Assembly (NCBI RefSeq): GCF_036321535.1
Contig: NC_087437.1
Location: 93,374,001 to 93,438,000, forward strand
Length of the DNA stretch: 64,000 bases
Source of the DNA: Camelus dromedarius
Lineage: Eukaryota
Reading direction: 5' to 3'
Shown: positions 38,863 through 51,402 of the stretch, piece after piece
Position numbering within the stretch: the stretch's first letter is position 1
Layout of the letters: every line of letters begins with the position of its first letter
Notes under the pieces: model-generated
Seen by the model: the letters and a program-made list of their open reading frames with translations, nothing else
The model's database searches: none
What the model was told of the DNA's origin: nothing
Program-made: the position numbers and the translations under genes

Positions 38863-40345
38863 TTCCCCCCTCAGAGATTTTACTCCCATAATCTATGGGG
38901 TTGCAAAGGGGCAAAGGTCGGTCTTCTGAAACTGCTTCCAGGCTGAGTAGGGGCATTGACCCTGCCTATCAGGGAGTAAAAATCTCTAATGTCTAATCTA
39001 GGGGCCCCAGGGGCAGGATAGCCTTTTGTTTTTGCATCCAAGGGCTGAGGGTGTGGACTTGAATCCTTGCACAGCCAGCATCTCATGTGGGGCTTCTGTA
39101 ACCCAGTGTTTCCATTGACTTCTGATGAATTTTCTTAAAGATGACACACTTTTGTAACAGCAGTTTGATGGTCTGTAACAACAAAAAGACTTAAAAGGCA
39201 GTTAAACATCTTCAATCGATAGACTTGTTGACTGATATAATATGACTGATTATATTTAACTTAACATATTAAAAAAATCCAGGTTAACTTAATATCTAAG
39301 ATGCCTCAGGTTTCCTAAATTTAAAGCATCTCAAAGTTAGCTGGAGCTACAAAGAACTTTTAGAATTTGTTAAATATTTAAAATCCTGATCATGCATGAA
39401 ATTTTTGTATTTTATGAAATTCTTTTACTGAAAACATACATCTTTCCCACTGTATATTAAAATACTTATTTTAGGAGCTTTAATTGGATATATGTAAGCA
39501 GTTATGAACTATTGTAATCATCACTACATGGTACTGTTTTTTTTAAACAGGTACCTGAGGTCTTGTATTGCCTCGCAAGTGTAGGTCTCTCCTGGTTCCT
39601 GTTGGGGCTTATAAGCTATAGGTTTTATTCTGGACAGATGTACCCAACTAGCAATTCCTCGTAGCTTAACGTCAGTTGGGGTGCTTAGTAATACCTGATA
39701 TGGTCCCTTCCATTTTGGTTGCAGCAGGTCTTCAGGGGACCCTCCTTCCAAGTTTTTAGTAAGGCAGAATCCCCTGACTGGACGGGGACTTTAACTTCTT
39801 CCTCTTCGGGAAAGGACAACACTTTGTTTGCATATTCCTGGAGGGCTCCTTGAACTTGGCTCAAGCTAATAATGTGGGAGACTAGTTTATGCATCTCCTC
39901 ATCAAACAGGAAATCTGCAGTTAAAAAGGGCCTTACATACATCATTTCAAATGGGCTAAGTTCTAAAATTCCCTTAGGGGCTGTTCTTATTCTTAGAAGG
40001 GCTATAGGCAGGACGGTTTCTGAAGTTTGCTGGCATAGTTTAGCAAGTGTTCTTTTTAGAACGTGATTTGCTTTTTCTACCTTGCCTGAGGACTGGGGCC
40101 TCCAGGAAGAGTGGAGGCATAGTTAATACCCAGAGTTGAAGAAACCTGTTGAGTCACCTTGGCAGAGAAGGAGGGTTCATTATCACTCTGTAAACTTTTT
40201 GGTAACCCAAACCTTAGGATTATTTTTTGAGCAGAAATTTTGACACTTCTATTCCTTTTTCTATTCTGGTGAGGAAAGCTGCTACCCATCCTGTAAAGGT
40301 GTCTGTGAATACCAACAGGTATTTCCATCCCTTATAAGGGGGCAG
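38863..40345 (-). mobile_element. ERV1 internal fragment: decayed integrase plus a short env-tail remnant
   Basis: ORF fragments [32 protein letters not shown] and [13 protein letters not shown]...[10 protein letters not shown] are a gammaretroviral-type DDE integrase and GPY/F motif; frameshifted. Confidence 0.92.
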
Positions 40346-41159
40346 ACAGAGCTCACTCTTTACTTGATTGAAGTCATGAGCATCAGAAAAGGTCAACAGC
40401 ATCATTCCATAGGTTCCCATCAGTCTGGGGTCTCAGAGTGTCGTTCCCATCCTCCACCTGGATGGGGATCTTAGTTCCTGCAGAACTCAGTGATAATGTA
40501 TTAGATTGTTATGTAAATCCCTTGAAGAGGAACTAGGACCCTATTGTATCTCTGAACAATTGTTTCTTGATTGCTTTTCCTTTGTTCCTGCATTCCTTTG
40601 TTCCCTTAAGATCATTAATTACTGAGACCAATTCAAGGGCAAGCATTGTGGCCAGGCTTGGATCACAAAATTATTTAGGCCAAAGATGTCAAGAAAGCTA
40701 TGCCTGGTTCTTTTTTCTCTGGGGAGCCCCTACCCTGTTTGCTTACACCACCACCCCCTCTTCAGGTTCAATTAATGTGCTAGAATGACTCACATAACTC
40801 AGGAAAACCCGTTTACTCACTAGATGACTGATTTATTATAAAACTATGAAAGGTATTGATACATATCAACAGACAGATGAAGTAGAAATCCAGATTTAAT
40901 TTTCTCCATATAGTGAGACAATTTTCCCTATAATAACATGAAAAATATCTTTTCTTTCCCCATAATTTTGTAATGCTATCTTTTTTCCCCAGCTATATTG
41001 AGATATAATTGATGCATAATCTTGTATAAATGTAAGGTATACAACACGATGATTTGATATGTATACACATATATATATGACATATATGTATACATATGTG
41101 TGTGTGTGTGTGTATATATATATAGTTTGTGCCCTTAGACCAATCCCCAGCCTCTGTAT

Positions 41160-41194
<35 letters not shown>

Positions 41195-41199
41195 AAGAA

Positions 41200-41658
41200 T
41201 GTTGCCCACCATTCCAATTCTACAAGGATCAAGTCATTACCCACTACAGTCACGGCCTCCAAATACCCACATACATCCTGCAAGGAATTCAGGATGAAGT
41301 ATTTGGTGTTTTGGATATATGGGCTCCTAGATAGTTAAAATGCATACCTGAGGAAGAAATTCAAGGACCCCAGATTTTTGCATCTTCCTATACATAGATA
41401 GGCATGAAATCTTTAACTCTGGTTATCTGTTTTGTGTGTATGTGCATGTGATTAACAGTAATTCTTTACCAAGACATATGCTTGACTACATGTATTTCCC
41501 AGACAAAAAAATTTATATGTATAATCTGGCTCCTCCCCTACCTCTTTGGAGCAGTTCCTCAGTGCTATCTGAGAGGCTGCCTCCTGGACTGATGGTTCTC
41601 AGTAAGCCACTGAATAAAACTCACCTCATAGCTCTAATGTGCATTTTTTTAGTTGACA
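41200..41658 (+). mobile_element. ERV1-type LTR fragment inside the L1 3' UTR
   Basis: ...cctacctctttggagcagttcctcagtgctatctgagaggctgcctcc...gaataaaactc...ttagttgaca, followed by resumption of the L1. Confidence 0.7.
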
Positions 41659-42109
41659 TGTATTGCAAAATGATTACTAGAATAAGGTTAATTAAGACAT
41701 TCATCACTTCACATAATTATGTTTTTTTTTGTGTGTGTATGTGTGTGTGGTGAGAACATTTAAGATTTACTCTCTTAGAAATTTTCAAATATATATAATA
41801 GAATACTATTAACTTTAGTCACCATGCTATATATTAGATCCTCAGAACTCATTTATCTTATAAATGGAAGTTTGTGCCCTTAGACCAATCCCCAGCCTCT
41901 GGAAAACATCATTCTATGCTCATTTTCTATAAGGTTTTTTTGTTTGTTTGTTTTACATTATTATTTTTTTTTATTTCACATAAGAGTTAGGTCATAAAAT
42001 ATTTGTCTTTCTCTGTCTGACTTATCGCACTTAGCATAATGCTCTCAAAGTCCATCTGTGTTGTTGCATGTGGCAGGATTTCCTTCTTTTTTATGGCCAA
42101 ATAATATCC

Positions 42110-42123
<14 letters not shown>

Positions 42124-42171
<48 letters not shown>

Positions 42172-43016
42172 GTAAGTATATATACATTTTTACAGAGGGG
42201 GATTGGAGGTGGGAGGGCCAGGCTGAGCACCAGGGGCCCTCCCCACATCCCAGGAGTGCCTACATAGGAAGAGACTTCTGGAGGCACAACCCCAGGCATT
42301 TTGTAGTCAATCTGTTCCCCATTCCCAGTAACCCCATGAGTTGGCCTCCTGCTGCTTCTGATTATTTTTGGTGGGTCAGGGGAAAGAGAGAGGAGAGAGA
42401 CCAGGAGAGGTCAGGCAAGAGAGGTCTCTCAAATAGCAGAGGTAGGCAGTGTGTGTGGTGGGGGACACTGCACTGGGGACAGGTGTCCTGGTCCCTGCCC
42501 TGCCACCCTCTTATTGTGTGATCTTGGATAAGCATCTCTCCTGTGTTTCACTTTCTTCAGCTGCCAAATCAGGAAACTCCTACCACACCTACCTTAGAAG
42601 GATAGGCTAAGGACAAAACAAGATAATAGATAGAAAATATGTTTAAAAAAGAATAAAGTGCTAGTCAAACATGAAGCAGTGTTGTCATTACAGAGATGCC
42701 ATCCCTTAGCACATTTCTTCTCCCACCTTTGTACCTTCACTTCCTTTTTAAGGGTCTCTTAACCTTTATCTTTCTTTATCTCAGAAGGGTTACAAGACTC
42801 CCTGGTGGCTTCCCCTGGTCACAATCTGTGACTTTAGAGGCCAAATGGGCACACTACGTGTCTGAGGAGGGTGCCGAAGTGAGGTGCTCACCTGCTCACC
42901 ATCCTTCTGGCACCTTCACTGCAGGAAGCCACTCAGGTGACCCCTTGGTCCACCCTAGGAGAAGATCTGGGCTGTCTATTCAGGTCAGACAGGTCTAAGG
43001 GACCTCTGCCCAACCC
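42124..43016 (-). pseudogene. Retroposed mRNA 3'-UTR-like fragment containing a MIR; parent gene not recognised
   Basis: GC-richer insert splitting the L1 at ccattttatatata...gcatgccgcattttctttatcc. Antisense AATAAA at 42166-42171 beside a (TA)n tail; TSD-like ttttatatatat at 42112 and 43017; MIR at ~42440-42690. Confidence 0.6.
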
Positions 43017-44811
43017 TTTTATATATATGCATGCCGCATTTTCTTTATCCATTTATCTACTGATAGACATTTAGTTTGTTTCCATATCTTAGCTATTGTG
43101 GATAATACTACAATGAATATGGGAATGTAGATGTCTCTTTGAGATAATAATTTTATTTTCTTTAGATATAAACACAGAAGTGGGTTGCTGGATCTTATGA
43201 TAGTTCTACCTTTAGTTTCATAAGGAACCTCCACACTGTTTTCCATAGTGGTTGTACCAATTTACATTCCCACCAACAGTGCACAAGGGTTTCTTTTTCT
43301 CCAAACCATCTCCAACATTTGTTATTTCTTATTTTCTGATAATAGCCACTCTAATAGGTATAAGGTGATATTTCATTGTGGTTTTCATTTGCATTTTTCT
43401 GATGATTAGTGATGCTAAGTACCTTTTTATGTACTTGTTGGCCATTTGCATGTCTTCTTTAGAAAGTATCTATTCAGGTCCTTTGCCCATTTCTTAATCA
43501 GATTATTTGCTTTTTGCTATTAAGTTGTATGAGTTCCTTATATATTTTTTATATTAACCCCTTAAGTAACAACTGGCTTGCAAATATTTTTCTATTTCAT
43601 AGGTTGCCTTTTTATTCTGTTGATTGCTGCTTTTACTGTGCAGAACTTTTTAGTTTGATGTAGTCCCACTTGTTGATTTTTGCTTTTGTTGCTTGTACTT
43701 TTGTCGTAATGTGCAAGTAGTCATTGCCAAGACCAATGTAAAGTAGCTCTTTCCCTATATTTTCTTCTGAGAGTTTTACAGTTTCAGGTTTTATGGTAAA
43801 GTCTTCAATATATTTCAAGTTATTTTTATGAATGTTGTAAGATAGGGGGCCAATTTCATTATTTTGCATTTGAATATCTAGTTTTCCCAGTGTCATTTAT
43901 CGGAGGCTATCTTATCCTCATTGGGTATTCTTGGCTCCTTTATCAAATACTAGTTGATTGTATATGTGCAGGTGTATTTCTGGGCTTTCTCTTCTGTTCC
44001 AGTGGTCTGTGTGCCTGATTTTATTCCAGTATCATACCATTTTGATTATTATAGCTTTTTAGGATGTTTTTCCTATTTCCATGAAAAATGTCAAAGAAAT
44101 TTTAATAGGAATTTCGTTGAATCTATAGATGGCTTTGGGTAGGGTAGGCATTTTAACAATATTAATTCTTTGGATTGTGGTGACATCTTTTTGTATATGA
44201 AATCCCCATATATACCTCCTCTTTTTATCCCCTTTATTTATATACCTGTTCCTCACTGTACTATACCATGCTTGGTGCTAAGCTTCTTTGCCTTTTATTC
44301 TAACTGGTTGGATGAATCACACATCTATATTCTTTATCAAAATTAACTTATGTATATGTGAATATTTCTATTCAATGTGAATAGTAAAATTAGTTTATTG
44401 AGTTTTAACAACATATTTCACCTTGAACTAGATTATCACTGGATTTGTAGATTTGGAGAGAAATTTAAATGCTTCTCTATGTGCATAAAATATATTTTTT
44501 TCACATCTTTAAATCCTCTTTTGTGTCTTTTAATAGAACTCAAATATTTTCTCCAGAAAGTTCTTATGCACTTTTTTGACAAACTGGATTCTTAAATGTG
44601 TAATCATTTTGTTAATAATGAGACTGATGCCTTATTTTCTACTATATTTTCTAGTTGGCTGTTGCTTATAAGAAAAATATTGATTTCAAGTGGATTATGT
44701 ATCCAGAAAGTTTGTTGAACTCTGTTAATAGTTCTAATACTTTGTTGTTCTCATTGGATTTTTTTAAATGGCTTCTTGCATCATCTGGTGCTACATTCAC
44801 TGGTTGAAGAG

Positions 44812-45222
44812 ATATGCTGGATATTTGTCTTTTACCCTTTCAGATCAGCTTATCATCATTCTTGACCTTCTATATGCCCTGAGAGGCTGTGTCAAAGTAT
44901 CTGCTAGCTGGCTTCCTTGCCCTCTGGCTTCTGATTGGATTCAGTTAATTAGAGTTGGCTGGCAGGATAGCAGTCAAGTGAGTTTAGGATATTTGTTCCT
45001 CTAGTTCCCTCTCAACCTTGCCACTATTCTAACAGTGGTTGAGTTTATCTAGTGATGATCACAGTTCTTGTTAGCAGCTCTCTTTCCTACAGCTGTAATT
45101 CTTTCTCTAGCTCTGGTAAACATTTATTTTTTTTCTGTTCGGGCTTAGGGGTGGTAACAGCTTCCATTTTTTGCCTGAGGTACTGTCCCATCATTTGTTA
45201 GTTTCCATTAACCCTGTTCACA
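44812..45222 (+). mobile_element. LTR33-like ERVL LTR
   Basis: tatgctggatatttgtc...cttcagatc...ccctgagaggctg...ttccttgccctctggcttctgattggattcag...ggcttaggggtggtaacagcttcc. Confidence 0.75.
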
Positions 45223-45799
45223 AAGTAGGAGGAAATGAATTATCATGGGGCCATGTGCCACATTCAGAAGGAACTAGTGCCAATTCTATACTTGCCAGAC
45301 AACCTTTATGTCTTCTTCTTGACCCTAATCCAACGCTCGAGGATCTTGAGGCATCCTCATATTAGGTAGATGAGAAGTAGAAGAACAAGGTATGGGGAAA
45401 AAGGCTACCCAGTCCTGACTTCTATGTTGAAAGTAGTAAAAGCCTGGATGAGAGAGAAGCTTTAAATTAGCTGGAAATTACTAAATGATAAAATAATTAT
45501 AATGAATTAATTATAATTTTATTTAGTAGAAAATTAATAAATTGATAAAAGTTAAATAGTATCATTTAATTGAGACTTACTATGAATGAAAGTGACCAGA
45601 ATTTTTTAAAGTTATCTAAATATATCTAGGAAAAGTTAGGCTTGTCTGAAATTTCATATGTAGGCAGAGAACAAAGAACAGATCTACAGGTTGGAATTAA
45701 AGGGACAGCTAAAGAAGACGTTTTTATTTGTTTTCCTTGTATACCATTGAGTTAAACTCATTCAGGCTCAGATGGTGCTTCCAAAACAAAGACAAAAGG

Positions 45800-48083
45800 G
45801 ACACAAGGAGAAGGATTGGAGAGGCAGAGACATGCCTCGCTCAACAGCCCACCTCAGATGCACTGATAACACACTTGGGAGGAGCCCCCAAAATACAGAA
45901 CTGTCCCCACAAAAGTGAAGGGATTGTGCCCCTCATCAGGCACACTGACCCTGGGGGCTGGCACTGGAGACAAGCCCCCAGAACCACTAGTTTTGAAAAT
46001 CAACAGGGATTAAAATCAGGAGAATCGTAACTGTAGAAAACAAAGATTTTGCTCTAAAAGGGCTCATGATCAAATCCACTTGCCCTGAGTTCCAGCACAA
46101 AAACAACAAGTGGAAAAGCACCTATACCAGAAGTGAAGGAGACCTACTTACTAATTCTAAAGCAGCCTCCAGAGAGGCAGAAATCTGCAGGGACTTTATC
46201 CAGGGACAGGAGAGCTGGTGAACACCATTTTTGCAATCTCATCCTAATTTGCTGGTGATGGAGCTGACAGGTGCCATTTTTGGTGCCCTCTCTCTAGCCT
46301 GCTAGCACTGGAGGGTGGACCTTTCTCATCCTGGGCAGTAAAAGAACTGGGTGAGTCTTCCGCCTCCTTGCTGACCTACATAGCACCCAGGCACTAAGCA
46401 GGCCAGGGAGCTCCCCAGGGTCTATCTAGTTTAGCAGCTGAGTTGTAACTGGGCCAGGCAAAGCCCCTGAGCCCTACCCAACCTGCACAGAGACTGAACT
46501 GCAACGAGGATGGGTGAGCACCCTGAGCCTTATCCTCCCCACACAGCAGCTGTTGGAAGCACACCGCCCACACAAGGGATGCTCATAGAGTGCCTGGCTC
46601 TGGTGGCCAGGGGAGATTGCACTCCTGGGCCACTTGGAACAGTTACTACACAAGCCCACTCCTTCAAGATTGAAGAAGATATAGGCATTTTTGCCTAATA
46701 CATATAGACAAACACAGGCAGACAAAATGAGGGGACAGAGGAATACATTCTAAAATGAAAAAACAAGTCAAATTAAAAAAAAGCATAATGGAACAAAGAT
46801 AAGTAACCTACTCGATCAAAAATTTGAAAGTAATAGTCATAAGGATGCTCACTGATCTTGAGAGAAGAATGGATGAACACCGCGAGAACTTTAACAGAGA
46901 GATAGAAAGTATAAGAAGATACCAAACAGAAGTTATAACTGAACTGAAAAATGCACACAAGGGTTTCAACAGCAGAATAAATGGAATAGAAGCACAAATC
47001 AGCAAGCTGGAAGGCAAAGCAATAGAAAACACTTAGAGCAGCAAAATAAAAAAATTAAAAGAAGTGCGAAAACCTTAAGGGACCTCTGGGACAACATCAA
47101 GTGGAATAACACTTGCATTATAGGGGCCCCAGAAGTACAAGAGAGAGAAAGAGCCAGAGAAAACTATCTGAAGAAATAATGGCTGAAAACTTCCCTAATC
47201 TGAAGGAAGATCAAACATCCAGATCCAGGGAGCCCGTAGAGTTCCAAATAAGATGAACCCACAGAGAAACACAGCAAGACACATTAGAATTAAAATGGTA
47301 AGAGTTAAAGATGAAAAGAGAATCTTAAAGGCAGAAAGAGAAAAAAAAAAAAAACCAATTTATTATGCACAAGAGAAACCCCATACAGCTATCAGCAATT
47401 CTTTTTAGCAGAAACTTTACAGGCCAGAAGGGAGTGGTATGACATATTCAGAGTGCTGAAAGGAAAAAAAAAACTGCCAACCAGAAATTCTCTACCTGGA
47501 AAAGTTAGCATTTGGAATTGAAGGAGAGATGAGAAATTTTCCAGATAAGCAAAAATTGAAGGAGTTCGTCAGCACTAAACTGGCCTTACATAAATGTTAA
47601 GCCACAAAGAAAAAGCACTAATTGATGGAAAGAACACATGTGAAAGTAATATTCTCATCAGACAAGGTAAATAAATAATATATGTAGTGATCAATCACTT
47701 ATAAAGCAAGTTAAGGGGTAAAAGGGAAGATAATAAAATTAATCAAAACAATAATTAGTTAAAGAATACATAAAGTAAAAAGACGTAAAAGGTGTCATCA
47801 AAATATAAAACCTAGTGGAGGATGGAGAAAAATATAAAGCTTTGGAATGTGTTCAAAATTAAGTTACTATTAACTTAAAAGAGGTGGTTATATACACAGA
47901 AGGGTATGCGCAAACTTCGTGGTATCCACAAAGAAAAAACATGGTAAATAGAAGGAGAAAATGAGAAAGAAATCTAAACATAACACTCAAAAAATAATCG
48001 AATCACCAAAGAAGAGACAGAAGAGTAGAAGAGAGAAGAACAACAAAAGCAGCCAGAAAAAAAATTTAAATGGCAATAAGTAC
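45800..48083 (+). mobile_element. Old L1 5' portion (5' UTR, decayed ORF1, inter-ORF spacer, ORF2 start)
   Basis: ORF1 coiled-coil remnant IIRMLTDLERRMDEHRENFNREIE...ELKN..GFNSRI; gacctctgggacaacatcaag; gaaactttacaggccagaagggagtgg; ends at atggcaataagtac. Confidence 0.9.
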
Positions 48084-49037
48084 TTAAGTATTTATTTTTG
48101 TTTTCTCTCTTTTTTTTTCTTGGATAGCTTAGCTAAAAGTTTGTCTATTTTGTTAATATTTTCGAACATCTGTTAGTTTTGTTGCTCTTTTCTATTGTCA
48201 TTTTAGTTTCTGTTGCATTAATTTCTGCTTTAACTTTACTATTTCCTTCCTTTTGCTAATTTTGAGCTTAGTTTGTTCTTCCTTTGCTCATTCCTTTACA
48301 TGCCAAATCAGGTGTTTATTTGTGATCTTTCTTTTTTATTAAGGTAGGTATTTATTACTGTAAACTTTGGAGGCCAGTCACCTGGCTGCTGCAGGTCTGC
48401 AGGGCAGCCCATGGCTGGCCTGTTAGTAGGGCTAAGGTGGGCTTGGATTCTGTTTGGTCCTTTGGTGAATAAAACTGCCTCCTGGATCTTGCTCAGTAGG
48501 GCTGGCACCGAGACAAGGGTTTGCTTTAGAATCTTGGATGATGGCCTGTTAGCTGGTATGTGGATGGGTGTGACTCCCTCTGAGTCCCTGGGACGGGTCC
48601 CTGGGATAGCATGGGTCCTGGACAACAGCTGAGATGTGCTGGAACCCAGTCTCAGGACTACTTCAGTATTCACAGAGGAGTCCAAGGTCAGAGGGTCTGT
48701 TACTTAGGACCTGGACGAGAATGACTCTTGCCAGGTCCCTCAGGCAATGATGCTGGTGGCAGGACCAAGGCCAAATGGGTCTACAGCCAATCCATAGAGG
48801 GGCATGGCTCTTTCTGGGTCTGTTGGGGGACCATGATCAGTGAGTCTGCTATACTGGCACAGGCCTGCCTTCTCAATACCACCCTACTTGGTTATATCTC
48901 CACCTGGGGTCACAGTCTCCTCCCTGGATCTCCAAATGCTGCAAAAGCACTTTTGTCTGTGGATTGCTGCCAAATTACTTCTGTTGAAGGGACTGTGATC
49001 CTGGGACCTCCTATTGTTTCATCTTGTTGATGTCCTG
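48084..49037 (-). mobile_element. Antisense L1 pieces: an ORF2 fragment (48084-48367) joined to an L1 5'-UTR fragment
   Basis: ttagctaaaagtttgtctattttgttaatattttc...tatttccttccttttgctaattttgagcttagtttgttctt (ORF2); ends gggacctcctattgtttcatcttgttgatgtc (antisense L1 5' terminus). Confidence 0.75.
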
Positions 49038-49245
49038 CCATATTTTCTTGTATTATCTTTGTTAAGTTGTGATATCACGGTCATTCTATCCTCATAAAAC
49101 AGATATGAAAGGTTTTTTTTTTTTCCTTAAATATTGAATAAAATTTAGCATTAAAGTCATCTGGGCTTGCAGCCTTCTTTTTGGGGATATTTTTAATTAG
49201 CTCTCTTCTCAAAGAGATAAAGGATTATTAAGGTCTTGGTTCAGA

Positions 49246-49565
49246 TTTTTTTTTTGAAAATGCTTTGTTTAATAATGTTTCAGCAATTAAAAAATTTTTT
49301 CTGGCTCAGTTTTTGTGGCTGGAATGGTTCTCAGTTGTGATGTCCACAGAAACACGAGTGCTCTGCACAAGTTTTACCACATAGCAGCAGAAGGCAGCCA
49401 TTTTTTTTCTTTTAGAGTTTACATCTGCAAAAACTTAAAAAGCTAACATTTTGATGAGAAGGGGATGTGATTTCTGAAACCTGTCCTTTTTCTTGGCCTG
49501 GGCCACTGTGCAAGAGTCCCCCGTCTCTAAACAAGGACTGCACGCAGCGCTCTGCTGCCATTTTT
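49246..49565 (-). pseudogene. Possible short retroposed 3'-UTR fragment; parent unknown
   Basis: T10 at 49246-49255, antisense ATTAAA at 49268-49273, ~300 bp of unique sequence within old L1M-like DNA; TSD unclear. Confidence 0.4.
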
Positions 49566-51059
49566 GGATTTATTGTTTCTCTTCAGGGCTCCTTAAGGTG
49601 GTAGTCAAGTTGTGAGTTTTTTTTTAAATTTTGTTTTTATGAGAATTTGGCCATTTTATTTTATTAAATCTGTCGATCTCAAGTTGTTTATAACATTCCA
49701 TCATTATCCTATTGTGGTCTGTAAGATCTGTAGTAATGTGCCCATGATATTGATAGTTTCTGCTATTTCTTTATTGATAGCTTTCATTTTCCCTTTTTCA
49801 CTTCCCCAGTCTTCCTAGGACCTTAGTAGCTTTTTAAACCTTCTAAAAATCAAACTTTTTCTGTGGTTGGTCTTCTCCATTGTTTGACTGTTATTTAATT
49901 AATTTCTACTTTTATTTTCATTATTTTATTTACTTTGATTTTAATGTTCATCTTTTACTCTCAAGCTTGAAAACTAGATAACTAATCATCTAAAAATATG
50001 TTTATTTCTTATCACTGTCTGCATGTTCAGTTATCCCTCTGAAGTGCCAATCCAGTATGTTTGATGGTTCAAATTTTTTTTTTTTTTGGTTCTAGAATTT
50101 ATTTTTTATTCTCGTTGGAAGTTCAATTTATCTTTTCCAACTCTTCACTCATTATATTATGTATTTTCTTAAACAGATGTATAATGATTATATTAAAGTC
50201 CTTTCTATGACCAATAAATGGTTGACTTATAGGTCCAGTTCTATTAGATTTTTTAAAATTATGAATATGATTTCCTGCTTCTTGCATACCTCATATCTTT
50301 TTTTTATTGTGTTTTTATTGTGATTAAAGAACAAAACTAAACAAAACAAACAATGACTCCAGACACAAAACATCCCAACACCCTCAAACCTAAAAGTGTA
50401 AGCCATTTCTTTTATGTGGCATTAGGATATGAGACTGATTTTTTAAGATTCTTTCAAGCACTGATATTAGCTAGGGTTGGGCCCCACCTTTAATTGGATT
50501 GAGTTTATTGAAACCAGTACCCAATCTGTTGTGTTGCCACCACTGTGGCTCTGATTGTTTTGATATTATCAGTATTTGAGTTGGTAGTTTAGTAGGATCA
50601 TAGTTTTAGATGCTTTTGTTTTACCACTGTGCTTAATTTAAGGAAATACCCTGGAATCCAAGTACCACATGATACGTGGGGTTGTATGAATTTTCTGTTT
50701 TTCCAGACCTTCATCAAGTGCCCCTCTCTCAGCAAATTTCTGGGAGAGGCATAGTCAAAGAAATATTGACTTTAATAATGATTTATTTTTCATATGGGCT
50801 TTTCCACTTTCTAATTTATTACACCTGACAACAGTGTTGATGAAGTTTATCTGATTTCTCTTAGTCTTTGTTGGTGCCCAGATCAGGTGCTTGTCTTTGG
50901 TATGATGACTACCATATCATTCTCTGTTCATTGAGGAATTTTTCATTCTTCCTTACGTTCATTTCTTCAAGAGTGTCTTGAATTTACCACCCTCTGATAT
51001 TCCATATTAAATGTACAAAATTTTAATCCATTAATTTCTTTTTTTCCTTCTTTCCACAG

Positions 51060-51126
51060 GAACAATGATCTACTGCCTCCTTTAGACAGCAGTGGAATTC
51101 TCATTGCACTGAAGAATTTTATGCAG
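51060..51126 (+). other. Candidate 67-nt internal exon
   Basis: Acceptor tttctttttttccttctttccacag|G and donor CAG|gtaaac. One open frame (NNDLLPPLDSSGILIALKNFMQ), not recognised. Confidence 0.35.
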
Positions 51127-51402
51127 GTAAACAACATTAATTTTATAGAGATGTCTCTTGATATGTGGAAAATGAATGAGATGAAGGGAGCTAACTGAAA
51201 GAAAAGTTAGAAGAGATGGCAATAGCTGTGGAGAGAAATTATTCCAGCTTAGACTTGGGTAGTATCAAATGCAGAATATTGGATGAAATTGAGAGGATTC
51301 TTTTAATGGTAGCATAGAAAGGCTTGGTTATTTATGGGGTGTTAGGGTGAGAGAATAGCAGAATCATGATTAATATTCAGATGTTTGGGGCACTGCATTG
51401 AT

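Larger units (their letters stand above)
37761..40747 (-). mobile_element. ERV1-type LTR (halves 37761-~38043 and ~40345-40747) with a 4-bp TSD
   Basis: TG...CA termini (tgttacc...gcttaca) flanked by ccac/ccac; antisense AATAAA at ~37843. Confidence 0.75.
37453..40885 (-). mobile_element. MER21-like LTR split into 37453-37760 and 40748-40885 by an ERV1 insertion
   Basis: gatgccaatcacaagtcc...tctgaccaactgg...aaatcagaggttcccac continues directly as ccaccaccccctcttcaggttcaattaatgtgctagaatgactcaca...gatttattataaa. Confidence 0.75.
40980..44175 (-). mobile_element. L1MA9/10-like element (3' UTR plus ORF2 3' part), interrupted by an LTR and a retrocopy
   Basis: 3' UTR blocks (gtggtgagaacatttaagatttactctcttag; tagtcaccatgctatatattagatc); ORF2 remnants KVQATKAKINKWDYIKLKS and [24 protein letters not shown]. 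Confidence 0.88.

Noticed and set aside
39524..40420. Integrase ORFs as a domesticated or functional gene
   Set aside because: Split across several frames by frameshifts and stops; decayed ERV1 pol.
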